This document shows positions 37,324 to 50,227 of a stretch of 64,000 nucleotides of DNA, piece after piece (the stretch's first letter is position 1; every line of letters begins with the position of its first letter). Under the pieces are notes generated by a model. The model saw only the letters and a program-made list of their open reading frames with translations, did no database searches and was not told the DNA's origin. The DNA is from Octopus sinensis (taxonomy: Eukaryota). Location of the stretch: assembly GCF_006345805.1 (NCBI RefSeq), contig NC_042997.1:157418001-157482000 (forward strand). Reading direction: 5' to 3'. Both the position numbers and the translations under genes were made by a program.

Positions 37324-37585
37324 TTGGATGTAGTTGTGTATTTGTATGTATGTGTGTGCGTGTTATGCCCAAACTGCAAAGAAAATTACATTGGTGAAGC
37401 AAATAATTCCCTCTGCCAAAATGCAAGAATCCACAGGCAACATATCCGAGAAGCATCTGGAAATATGCAGAGACGGAAAATTCAAAATTTTTCCCTTTTA
37501 CAAATGTGCATGGGACAATCCACAATATCGAAAAGCAATGGAATTACTTTTCATCAAAAGATTCTCTCCAAAATTGAATGTTTGA
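37324..37585 (+). mobile_element. Penelope-like element GIY-YIG endonuclease C-terminal relic
   Basis: VVY...CPNCKENYIGE...RIHRQHIR, frameshift, EKHLEIC..GKFKIFPFYKC...RKAMELLFIKRFSPKLNV*. Shows the VY/YIG, CCHH-type, E and PKLN motifs of PLE endonucleases. Confidence 0.85.
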
Positions 37586-37840
37586 AAGAAGAGCGGAGAC
37601 AGTACATTTTGTATTCTAAATATGTCTCAAATATTGGAAACATAATGCTCATCTCTGTAAATATTCAGGTTTATATGTGTGGTATTGAGATGCTCTGAGC
37701 TTTGCCTGTTATTCCAGTTTTAAGTGTTATACTTATGTTTTCTAATGCAAAAGCATCAAAATGAAAGAAGCGTGATTTTGTTTTTTCAATGCAAAACATC
37801 GAAATTACACACTATAAACATGGAATGTTCCCAAACACAT

Positions 37841-37897
<57 letters not shown>

Positions 37898-37964
37898 CAC
37901 ACACGCACACACACATACACACACATACACACGCACACACACATACACACACACACACACACAC

Positions 37965-38130
37965 TTCATCAAGGGATTCTCTCCAAAATTGAATGTTTAA
38001 AGGTAAAGAGAAGAATTTGCATTTTTTAAATTCCAAATGTGGCTCATCTCTACAAATGTTCAGAACTACATTTCATCAAAACATTCTCTTCAAAAAGTGA
38101 ATGCTTGAAAGAAAAGCGGAGACAGTACAG
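37965..38130 (+). repeat. Two further partial copies of the Penelope ORF 3' end
   Basis: TTCATCAA...ATTCTCT.CAAAA.TGAATG at ~37551, ~37965 and ~38072. Confidence 0.8.
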
Positions 38131-38378
38131 GAGAAAAAGGAAGGAAGAAGAAAAAATAAGGAAAAATGAGAAAAGGAAGAAAAGGGAAATGAAAGAAAGG
38201 AAGAAGGGGAAAAGAAAGTAAAAAGACTTTCAGTGATCACCAAAGAGGTCACCAGCCTTAAACCCATTCCAGTACAATGGTAAATGACCAAATAAATAAA
38301 TGGTGGATAGGAAGGGCAATCACCTTTCTCATTCTCCCCACCTCTCTCTATCTTTCTATCAGCCTATCTACCAAACAC

Positions 38379-38456
<78 letters not shown>

Positions 38457-38473
38457 GTCTATCTGTCTATCTG

Positions 38474-38540
<67 letters not shown>
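38379..38540. repeat. (CTAT)n microsatellite
   Basis: Direct reading. Confidence 0.95.
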
Positions 38541-38857
38541 CACCCCAAAAAACAAAAACAATGTTCTCCGCTTCTAAACACCCCTCCCCCCAAAACCCAT
38601 CTGTTTTATATAAATGAACAAGCTGTTGGTACATTCATAAAATAAACGCACGAAAGTGCTAATAATAATGAATGAATAAAAAGATTTTTTCCAAAATTCT
38701 GGCGACCTTTATCTCAATAGTCAATATCTATACCCCACACCTAACACGCACACACACACTCTCTCTCTTTTCTCTCTCTCTTTCTCTCCATCTCTCTCTA
38801 AATATATATATGTGTGTGAGTGTGTGTGTGTGGGTGTGTGTGTGTATAACACATAAA

Positions 38858-39973
38858 CAGAATGAGGTGAATAAATTGTCGTCTAAATTATGCAAAAATG
38901 AAAATAATACTGACATCTCATTTCAACAGTTATATTTACCATATTTACATAAAAATATCTTGAAATACCAAAGAGTAAATTTATTCAATAAAATATCCAT
39001 TGGCTTTAAGCATGGCCTCCAGACGAATTCGGAGTCTCTTCCAAGTCTTATGGACAATCTTCTGGTTTAAGTTGGTGAATGCTGCCATATTCCTTGCCTT
39101 CAGTTCATCTTTGATGTTACAAGAAGTTTTGTTGGTCTCTCACTCAATTGCGCCCCACACATAATAATCAAGTGGGTAGCAGTCTGGAGAGTTAGGTTGT
39201 CAGATTTTAGGGGTGATGTGGTCGTAAAAATTGCCTGACAGCCATGACTGGGTTTTCTTGCTTGTGTGGTATGGTGCAGAGTCCTATTACCAGACATAGG
39301 GTCTTCCAACAATCACCCTCTTGACCAAGGGCAGTACTATCTCCTTCAGACACTTGATGTAGGCCTGGCAGAAATTTGTCTCGTCTGAGAGAAACCAAAG
39401 TATGTTCAGTTAGAGGGGATGCTTGAGTTTGTTCAAAAGCTTCGTAGCGCTGTCTTTCCTCTTGTTTTTGATGGGATAAAAATTGGCCCTTTCTCATCTT
39501 GTATGAGGAATACCGAATGTCTTTATGCACTACCTGCCTGAAAAGAAACTCAGGTACGCCCATGTCCCTGGCGATGGACCTGATTGACTTGCAGAGATCG
39601 TTGTCAATTATGGCCTGGATCTCACCAACAAATTCAGGAGCTTCTTTCTTAGAATGATAAAAATTTTCCGATCAGCCGTACCTTCATAATCACCATTAGA
39701 CAAATCCAATTCTTTCCGAATCCTCTGCGCTGTCCTCAGATTGACACCCAAACAACTGAAATGTTCGTATTCGAGCTTCCGGCACCAATGCCAAGCAGCG
39801 CAGCAAGTCGTTTCCAAATTTCTGGCAGAGTGAATAGTGTCATGGTACTGTTTTTCTCACAGACGGTGCCTAACTGAACCTACTATGCTGTGTAGTTGAC
39901 AAAATCAAAAACAAACAATGCACATGTGTGAAATTAAAAATATAAAATGGGACAATTTACTCATCGCACCCTG
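38858..39973 (-). mobile_element. maT/DD37D Tc1-mariner element, internally deleted, both TIRs present
   Basis: TIRs CAGGGTGCGATGAGTAAATTGTC and degenerate CAGAATGAGGTGAATAAATTGTC. DSAPYH...PNSPDCYPLD has 37 residues between the last two Asp. Contains in-frame stops. Confidence 0.9.
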
Positions 39974-40355
39974 TATATGATGTAATATGTGTGAGCGTAT
40001 GTGTGTAATGGGAGCTTTTTAAAAGTAAGAGTGGATCTCAACGGGATGAAGAGTTGGGAAGATTTTGTGAAAAGCTTGTTCTTTTTTTATCTTATAATTT
40101 TTGATATCATAATCTATTTTTGTTAATCTTCGTCATTACTTCCAGACACACTAAAACAGAATTAGCAACAGAAAGGCACCATTTCTTAAATCAATGTCTA
40201 CTTAAAGTAATTAAAGCAATTATTCTATAGATTTAGAGGTTAGTCATATGGAATTACGATGAACTCAAATTACTAACGAAAGTGGAAACTAGAATTCCAT
40301 TGTAATATTGTGACATCCAGATATGGCAATATTGAAATTTAGTCTCCCTTTACAG

Positions 40356-40401
<46 letters not shown>

Positions 40402-40414
40402 CATAGCTCTTGGT

Positions 40415-40850
40415 TTCAAATTTTAGCACAAGGCCAGCAAGGGTAAGTCGATTAGATCGACCTCAGTATTCAACTGGTACTTATATTTCGTCCCGAAAGG
40501 ACGAAAGGCAAAGTCAACCTCGGAGGAATTTGAACTCAGAACGTAAAGACGGACGAAATGCCGCTAATAATTTTGTCCGACATGCTAACGATTCTGCCAG
40601 CTCACCGCCTTATATACAGTATAAATATTGATCTCAATTACAAATTTTGGCACAAGGCCAGCAATTTCGCGGAGGAACGTCAGTCGACTAGGTCGACCCC
40701 AGTGCTCAACGGGTACTTATTTTATCTTCTCCGAAAGGACGAAAGGTCAAGTCAACTTCGACGGAATTTGAACTCAGAACATAAAGACTGAGGAAATGCC
40801 GCTAAGCATTTTGACTGACATGCTAACGATTCTGCCAGCTCACTGCCTTA
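40415..40850 (-). mobile_element. Two tandem SINE family B copies (40415-40610 and 40635-40850)
   Basis: Both end with the TCTGCCAGCTCAC.GCCTT head on the plus strand. Confidence 0.85.
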
Positions 40851-41159
40851 AATAGAGCATAGATATCAACGAGCCATTGTTCGAGCTATTGTTCGTTCAC
40901 CTGAACTGGCTATTTACTGCACGTTCACACGGTCCTCTATGTCCTTCTGTCTGATTTGGCGTACCAAATTCATGGATTTTCTTACTCTACATTAGGATTA
41001 CGTTACCTTTAAATTCCTTCAGAGTACGTCATTTCTGCACTTTGATTAAGTATATGCATACATACATGCATGCATACATACATACATACATACATACATA
41101 CGTACATACATACATACATACATACATACATACATACATACATACATACATACATACGT

Positions 41160-42200
41160 ACATAATACATGCGTGTTTTTCAATTGCGTGAACTAAAAGT
41201 CGGAGTGAGACGGGATAAACTACTTGCATCAACTTGCTATAGAAGCTGGTAGTAATTTTATCTTGTACTTATTCTTAGTGCAAGTTTTGAAGAGTGCAGT
41301 TCGATTTTAACAGTTATTTTTTCAAAGCTATAATGGAAGTAACAAAGGAGCATATTCAGCATATTTTGCTTTCTGAGTTCAATAAAGGCAACAACGCCAC
41401 GAAAAGTACGAGGAACATTAATGCAATATATGGGGATCGGACATTAAGCGTAAGCCAGTGTCGACGGTGGTTCCAGGAATTCCGAGCCGGAAACTACAAT
41501 TTAGAAGACAGCCTCGTCCTTTCTGGAAGATCTGTAGACATCGACGAAGACATCCTGCAAACCCTGGTGGAAAATATCCCATCGCAACTGCTGAGGAACT
41601 AGCAGAGAAGCTTGGAATCGCTCATTCAACCATTCATCGACTCGTATGTGCCATCGGAAAAATCAGGGTTCCTCACAAACTTTCCGAGTCTAATCCTGTG
41701 CAGAGAATGAATGTGTATTCACGTCTGACGAATGAACCTTCTTTGGACCGAATAGTGACTGGTGACGAGAAATGGGTTCACTATAAAAATGTCAACCGCC
41801 GAAGAGAGTGGCTAGGGAAAGGAGAAACACCGGCACCCCAGGCTAAAGAAGGTCTTCATCCGTGTAAGGTGTTGTTATCTGTTCGTTGGGACAATAGATT
41901 TAATCGAGTTTGAAACACAAACGAAACGATAACAAAGGAGATCTATTGCGAGTAGCTTGAGCGGTTTAAGTCAGCGCTAGAAGAAAAACGACCATCTTTG
42001 GTTTCAAGACGAAAGTGTGTTCTTCCATCAGGATAATGCTCGATCACATACAGCGAGGATGACACTCCAAAAGCTGGAACAGTTTGAATGGGAAGCAATG
42101 CTCCACACACCATATTCGCCGGACATTGCTCCATTTGATTATCATTAATTCCGCGGTCTTCAAAATCATTCGGACGCATTATTTTTCATATGACCCAATA
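41160..42200 (+). mobile_element. DD34D mariner, frameshifted transposase pseudogene (ATG at 41333)
   Basis: MEVTKEHIQHILL..., IVTGDEKWVHY, HQDNARSH and YSPDIAPFD (34 residues between the last two Asp). Right TIR GACGCATTATTTTTCATATGACCCAATA. Confidence 0.95.
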
Positions 42201-42216
42201 TATATATGTGTATAAA

Positions 42217-42277
<61 letters not shown>

Positions 42278-42327
42278 CATACATATACAGATAGATACAT
42301 ACATACATGCAAACATACATACATAGA

Positions 42328-42362
<35 letters not shown>

Positions 42363-44176
42363 TATATATATATATATCTATATATATATATATATATATA
42401 GATATATATAGATAGATAGATAGATAGATATATATAGATAGATAGATAGATAGATAGATAGATGTATTTCGCTTCAGGCATTCAACTATCACTGCAGAAA
42501 TAGCTTTAAGCTAATGAAGTTCATAAGATAATCGTCTATTCTTTTGTCATTTCATTTCATTACACATACACACACACACGCGCAAACACACATATATATA
42601 TATATATATATATGCAAACACACACATATATATATATGTATATATATATATATTTATAAATATATATATATATACATGTATATGTATGTATATATGTATA
42701 TATATATATGTATATGTATGTATGTTTATAAATATTGATGTATATCTATCTATCTATCTATCTATCTGCTTGTGTGTCTGTCTATCTATCTATGCATCTA
42801 TTTTTATATACATATCCATATGTATATGTAGACATGCGTAACATATCTGTGAATGTATTTGTGTATGTATAAATGGGTTTGTCCGTCTATGCGCGTGCGC
42901 GTATAACTGCTTACACGTGCGCATATTAGTCTCCGACAGGCATCTGCGCAGCTTCCGTCCACCAAATCTTATTCTGAAATCCTTGTCTAAAAAAGTGAAT
43001 AAAAGTGCAATGCAGTGCAACGAACCCGGAAAAACGCGGTTATAAAACGTACTTTTTAACCAGAGTCCATTTAGAAGTATATTATGCTTAAGTAGTTCAG
43101 AGTACCCATTTAATTAACCTTAATAAATTTTTCTTCCTCTGTGCAGGATTTAAACATTCTTGATTATCTTCAGGTGTCTAATTCTATGCACACCTGCACA
43201 CATACTCACACACTTACACGCATACACAAACACATTACACATATATTACACATATATTACACATATATATAAACATAAATTTACATACACACACAACATC
43301 CAAGCATACGTATACATGTAGGCACCCATACATATACACACTTATGTTTGGCAGTGTTTGGGGGAATATGTAAGAATGTTGATAGAAACCAAAAAAAAAT
43401 ATAGTAGTCGAAGTAGTTATTGTTTTCTAACAACATAATTAAGCAGGCTTATGATCAAGAACGTTATGACCATGATCATCTTTTTTTCCCTCAGATATAA
43501 TGTGCATAAAATTACATTATCTAACGGAACTTATTTGTTTTTCTTTAATTTTACAATGATTGTTATGGTCTCAATCCGATTCAACTCATATTTCTAGTAA
43601 GTTAAGCGACCACTTACATATTGCTTTGCAGGTCACAGTATTAGATATGATTTCATAAAAATGAAGGAGGAAGTGTTGTAAGGGTATTTTTTTCATATGT
43701 GTACTATCTTATAATTTAATTTTGATTTATTAATTATAGAATGTTGGTGCATAAATTTATTTGTAACCACATCTATAAAACATAGCGGTGAAAGATACAT
43801 AAAGACAAGGGAGAAATTGGGACTAGCATATAACACTTAATATGTGAAGATAACATAAATATGTTTGTGCGTGTGTTTGTGTGTGTGAGGTTGTGTGTGT
43901 GTGCCTGCGTGTGTACTTTACTAATTTAGTATTGAAATCCATCTTATATCTGTCTACGATCTAAGTTAAGTTGCAAATATAATACTTCTATAATTGAAAA
44001 TGTAATATATAACATGAGGTTACAAGACCGGAGATCTTATATGCCCTAGGTTGCTAGTATATCGATTACGCCACCTACGAATCTACTGCGAATATACATA
44101 CATACATACATATACATACATACATTCATACATACATACATACATACATACATACATACATACACACACACATACG

Positions 44177-44252
<76 letters not shown>

Positions 44253-44510
44253 CACATACACATAGCTGTTTATAGATACGTTTATATGTATATACAACAC
44301 ACACACACACGTATATCTATATATATATACACACATATGATAGTAGAAATAATTATTTATACCATGTATATTGTTATATGACTGAACGCCACGCATCCTC
44401 TTCCAAGTAAGTTTTATCTTATATACATACATATATACATGTGTATGTATATATGCATGCATGCATGTATGTATGCATGTATGTATGCATGCATGTATGT
44501 ATGTATGCAT

Positions 44511-44560
<50 letters not shown>

Positions 44561-44590
44561 GCGAGAAAGAAGCAACAAGAATGGATAGGT

Positions 44591-44681
44591 TTTTAGTACA
44601 ATCGTTTCATACAAGGACAGGCTTTATTAAAAGTTGCAAAAATTACAGCATATAAACGTGTCCCGTACTCATCAGCTAAAA
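44591..44681 (-). ncRNA. Type-I hammerhead ribozyme motif (left arm)
   Basis: Reverse complement of 45259-45349. Confidence 0.8.
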
Positions 44682-45258
44682 TACATGTGAGTTCTCTAGA
44701 CATCCTAGTGGTTGAGGCTATACTCATGAAGTAATGTAGATAATTAAGTAATATAAACAGATTTCCAAAGTTCATTAAAGTTCTTTAAAGATGATGTACA
44801 GTCTTATCACAGAATTTTAAAAAAGTTTTAATAGCATCACAGAGAAGGTGACCTAATCCGTAGTGCACATATGAATTTCCAGAGATATGAGGAGGGATTA
44901 CATACTCACAGACGACAAATTTATCCATTGTTAATCACAACGAGGTGGGTCTCAATTCCTCAACGAGGTGGGTCTCAACGAGGAATTGAGACCCACCTCG
45001 TTGTGATTAACAATGGATAAATTTGTCGTCTGTGAGTATGTAATCCCTCCTCATATCTCTGGAAATTCATATGTGCACTACGGATTAGGTCACCTTCTCT
45101 GTGATGCTATTAAAACTTTTTAAAATTCTGTGATAAGACTGTACATCATCTTTAAAGAACTTTAATGAACTTTGGAAATCTGTTTATGTTACTTAATTAT
45201 CTACATTACTTCATGAGTATAGCCTCAACCACTAGGATGTCTAGAGAACTCACATGTA

Positions 45259-45349
45259 TTTTAGCTGATGAGTACGGGACACGTTTATATGCTGTAATTT
45301 TTGCAACTTTTAATAAAGCCTGTCCTTGTATGAAACGATTGTACTAAAA
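45259..45349 (+). ncRNA. Type-I hammerhead ribozyme motif
   Basis: UUUUAG-CUGAUGA-GUACGGGACA...UGUCCUUGUAU-GAAAC-GAUU-GUA-CUAAAA: 6-bp stem I, ~10-bp stem II, minimal near-palindromic stem III. Confidence 0.8.
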
Positions 45350-45599
45350 ACCTATCCATTCTTGTTGCTTCTTTCTCGCTTATAATCACCCCACATTACT
45401 GTATTGTTAAAACAGTATAGTTTTTTTGGTGCATCTAAGTTAGGTACCATATTCAAGTAAATTCATTTAAATTAACTTGAATCTTTATTGCTTTTATATA
45501 TATATATATATATATAAATTAATAAATAAATAAAACATGCATATATACATACATATATGTACGTACCTACCTCTACATGTATATATACATGCATATATG

Positions 45600-46180
45600 T
45601 GTACAGGTCACCAAAAAAACGTCGAACACAATGAGAAACGAAAACATAAACACAAAACCAAGGAAATGGACATAGTTTTTAAACAACGAAAAAATAGAGT
45701 ACAGGACATACAAAACAAGGAAAATGTCCCTTCTTCAGTCGCCTTAGATTCATCTACTCCATGTTTCGAAGGTCAAGGCGGTACATGACTTCAATGAAAA
45801 TTTCCTTCCCGCGAAAATCAAATTAAATAAAATTTGGGATTTTTTTTGCGGATGGGGTAAAAATGGTAACAAAAACAGGACAGTAACGACAGTACAAAAT
45901 CTAAACAGTAAAGGACAGGACACGGAGAATAACAGTAACACAAACAAGAAGGGCTGTTAAGCCAAACGAGATAGCCATCTCATCACGTGACCGCGATGGG
46001 AGGGAGGAGGAGGAGTAAGGGAAAGGGAGAGAAAAAAAGGGGAATGTTGTAGAGAAAAGAATGAAGAATGAGAGAGAGAGAGAGGGAGAAACAGTAAGGA
46101 AGAAGAAAAGGAAAGCCAAAAGAATGAAGGCTGAGAAAGGGAGGGGGAGAGAGAAAGGTTAAGAGTGCGCATCATTATTT
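45600..46180 (+). mobile_element. Interspersed repeat family F, longest copy
   Basis: Shares blocks with 9810-10425, 44340-44425 (rc) and 60330-60955 (rc). Confidence 0.7.
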
Positions 46181-46357
46181 TATATATATATATATAAGAC
46201 AAGGTACAAAATGCTAACATGATTTTATCATAAAAAAACATTTTAGTACCGATTCTTCATGATAAAATGTTCATGATAAAATTATTTTAGTATTATCTAC
46301 CTTTTTCTTATTTTGCTTATACGTATCAATTCGTGTGTTCCTTTTCAACCTTCTACG

Positions 46358-46390
<33 letters not shown>

Positions 46391-46405
46391 ACACCCCCCA
46401 CCCAC

Positions 46406-46439
<34 letters not shown>

Positions 46440-46619
46440 CGAAGGAGAGAGTGAGAGAGAGAGAGATACAATTAACTAAATATATTGAATATATTCAGAA
46501 GAGAAACACATGTGTACAAGCATATAAATATTTATATATTTATATAAATAAATAAATAAATTTACATTTAAATGTAGCATAAAAACGCAGCATACTAAGG
46601 GGAGAATGCAACTTTTTTT

Positions 46620-46766
46620 CTCCTGAAGAAGGAAGTATTTCTTACTGTAATGTCACCATGCGACTATTTGTTGGTTGCATATCTATGAGTTTTTGTATAT
46701 TCCATCAGCTAATTATGAACATTACAATTCTTGCGTAATTTGGAGCTTCCAGAAACTGCTATCGAG
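46620..46766 (+). ncRNA. Hammerhead-like motif with a large structured stem II insert, enclosed by a 17-bp inverted repeat
   Basis: CUC-CUGAAGA-A-GGAAG...(110 nt)...CUUCC-A-GAAAC-UGCU-AUC-GAG. Inverted repeat ACTAAGGGGAGAATGCA at 46594-46610 / 46780-46796. Confidence 0.5.
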
Positions 46767-46925
46767 TTTTAAAAATGTATGCATTCTCCCCTTAGTTTTC
46801 TGTATTTTCAATGCTTCATATAGAAGTAAATTTATTTGTATATATATATATATAAAGATCTATATTGCCTGAATATATATAGTTAGTTGTATATCTGTCT
46901 GTCTGTCTGTCTGTCTTCCATCACC

Positions 46926-46967
<42 letters not shown>

Positions 46968-46995
46968 ATATATATATTTGTGTGTGTGTAAGTAT

Positions 46996-47088
<93 letters not shown>

Positions 47089-49019
47089 TATATAGATATA
47101 TATATATGCCGATAAATATATATATATATATGAATGTATATGTGCATATATGTATGTCTGTTCATATGTGTATATACGTGTGTATACGTGTGCATATGAC
47201 AATATTTCATTCTTCAATTTCAGTACTAGATCACATGGTATCTTCATCTTTTCATGCGTAGAAACATGTCATACTTCTCAGAGAGACAGGCATCCCACTT
47301 TCGGGAATGATTAAGGCACAATGACGCGTTTTCTATAATGGATCAAATGAGATAATAATGATTAGCATTATTATACTTCAAACTTTAAATACATTTATAT
47401 AATGAAGTTTCATGGCGTCATTCTGAATCTCCAATGCTGTGCAATTATCTCTGGGAGAATTGAAACTCTTTTCCCTCTATATCATACAACATTCCCACTT
47501 TCTAGCTTCATAAAAATATTTCTAAGTGCTCCAGTACAGCTAACACTGACATAAAAAGATGTATATCATTTAGGGAATATCTCTTTAAGTGAACAGCAAT
47601 CTTGTAACGTACGTCATCATTCGACACAGAAAGTCACTCTACCGCTTCAATATGTAGATGCATTTGAGCTTTACTTCTTGTACTTTTTTAATGCTATTTG
47701 CGGCAAAGAACAAAAAATCATCCATTTACAGAAAACTTGATATTACGAGGCGCTAGTGAATGCTTTGTTTTTCTATTTTCATGTTCGTACCTAATTAAAT
47801 TGTTTGAATTGTCGGTAACGTGAAACTCAGACTTACAATACAGTACACACTCACTTTATGCATTGAACAATTTTAGCCATATGTGTCTGTGAGCATTTGT
47901 GTACGCGTGTGTGTTTATATGCTTGTGTGTGTACAACACTCCACAACGCCCAGTTTTCCTTATAGTGTTGAATTAATTAAGTTAATGCATGTTCCTTAAA
48001 ATTATCAGATAAAAGTTACATAAAAAAGCAAAAACAATAACTCGTTAGCACTTTATATCAATTTTTAGCGACTAATATTTCTTCATCTGAAGAAATATTA
48101 CATATAGAGTATTACATATAGAGTAATAAAAATTCCCTATGAGATTATAATGGTTTCATAGCATCATTCTGAGTCTCTACTGCTGTGAAATTATCTCCGG
48201 GAGAATCGAAACATTTTTCCCTCTATATAATGCAATTATATTAAGTTTCCCTATCCAAACTTATATTAAATTTCCCAATCACAAAGCTTTGGCTGATATA
48301 AGGCTATGAGTGAAAATATTTGCCCAAAGGGCCACGCAGTCGGATTAAAACTCATGTTACTTATTTGTGAAGGAGATTTGTTAGACATACAGTCTGTCCA
48401 TGGTGTACGGACATTTTGCAGATGAAAAACTACAACTACATCCTTTGAAATTCTGGCTTTTATGTTCTTTGATAAGACTGAAATTTGTGTTCTGCAAGGG
48501 AATTTGTGAAAAACAGTGACTCATACAACTGAAAAAAATCAGTTTCACTACTTGGAAAATGAAAATAATACTTAATGACTAAAACTGTCTCTTCCTCCAT
48601 AAATATATATTTCTCCTTGGCTTCTTAATTCGACAAGTAGAATTCTGTTTGGAATCTCGAAGCACATGCATAAAACTATAAAAAAATAGCATGAAAATAT
48701 TGTGTTAAAATCCCCTTTGAACAGAAAAAGTAGGAAACTGTCCCGTGGGCCTGCATTCGACTTTTTCTGTCTAAATATTTACATACTATTATTTATAGAT
48801 CTATGTATTTGCTTCGAGATATACTATTACAAAACGAATTAGTTCACGTACTCTCGAAAGTTTATAAAATTCTGATGACGTCAGCAAATTAATATATTTG
48901 CAGACTCTTTCCTAGCTGCTACTAACGATACTGTCAGGTAGAGTTTACATAGAGCCTGTGAAGTTTTTTATGAGCTAATTGATTTTAAATAATATAGGAA
49001 TTGGAAAATATGTAGCATA

Positions 49020-49600
49020 TGGATGTGTAGTAGGTAGTAGCGATAAAGCATAGGCCAACGACAATCTGGTGGATCCTGAGATGATAATGGCTTGGAATAG
49101 GTTGCGTTTGGATTCAAGAAAGAAATCACGAATATTTGGAATGTCTATATATGATCAAAGTTGCGTTGAGAGCTTGATGGAGGAAAGAAGTGAAGTTCAT
49201 TAGACATGAACCTCACTTGTATCGGTGGAACAAATGTGTACCGGTGGCACAAATGTGGGACGACAGAGGAAGTCAAGAAGGGTTGGGAGCATTGGAGTCA
49301 TCAGGGCGGAGAGAAAGAAAATACAAGATAGATATCCTCAGTACAGGAATAAGTGTGTTCGAAGAGCTGTTGGTGCTGGAAGAAATTTGAGAGCGCCAGT
49401 CGATATATAACCAAATGTATATATTGGAAGTACATTGAGCTAAAAGGTTTGAAAGTTTTTAGTTATTGATATCCAGGTGATAAAATTGAGTCATAGGAGA
49501 CTGGAAATTACATATACGCATATACTAGGCATTAGAGTGAAGTTTGATGTAAAGACTGTAGCCTTGACGGCAGAGATGGACTATGGGACTAAGGTTTGAA
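49020..49600 (-). mobile_element. Decayed LINE ORF2 AP-endonuclease fragment
   Basis: Minus strand gives DDSNAPNPS*LPLSSH at 49273-49302 (cf. GDFNA.N..WL), preceded by an IYR-type motif. Confidence 0.5.
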
Positions 49601-49614
49601 AGATTCGTATATAT

Positions 49615-49740
49615 ATATACATGTGTGTATATGTTTGTGTATCTGTGTTTGTCCCCCACCATCGCTTCACAACTACAGGTAAAAAAAAATACGGTGGTGT
49701 ACTTCAAGCATGACATCAACTGTATGATTGAAACAAATAA
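49615..49740 (+). mobile_element. SINE family A fragment
   Basis: TCTGTGTTTGTCCCCCACCATCGCTT.ACAAC motif. Confidence 0.6.
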
Positions 49741-49957
49741 TAGGAACAATACATACATACATACATACATACATACATACATACATACATACATACATAC
49801 ATAAATACATACATACATATTCCATTATACTTTTATTATAATTTTTTTTGATAAGGTTCGTTATTTCAAGAACCGAAACATGTAAATTAAAATTTATCTA
49901 ATTAGTGGCGTTTTCAAACTTCTTTTTTACAAATACATACATACATATAATATATAT

Positions 49958-50001
<44 letters not shown>

Positions 50002-50018
50002 CATACATATACATATAT

Positions 50019-50108
<90 letters not shown>

Positions 50109-50178
50109 GTAAATATGAATATATATATGTATATATATATGTGTGTGTATATATATATATATGTGTGTATATATATTA

Positions 50179-50226
<48 letters not shown>

Positions 50227-50227
<1 letters not shown>

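Larger units (their letters stand above)
44561..45379. repeat. Near-perfect fold-back inverted repeat (arms 44561-44961 and 44980-45379, 18-nt spacer)
   Basis: Arms are reverse complements; I saw one substitution and one homopolymer indel. The spacer duplicates arm sequence AACGAGGTGGGTCTCAA. Confidence 0.97.

Noticed and set aside
44593-45347. Two near-identical 60-aa ORFs on opposite strands
   Set aside because: A by-product of the inverted repeat; no protein features.
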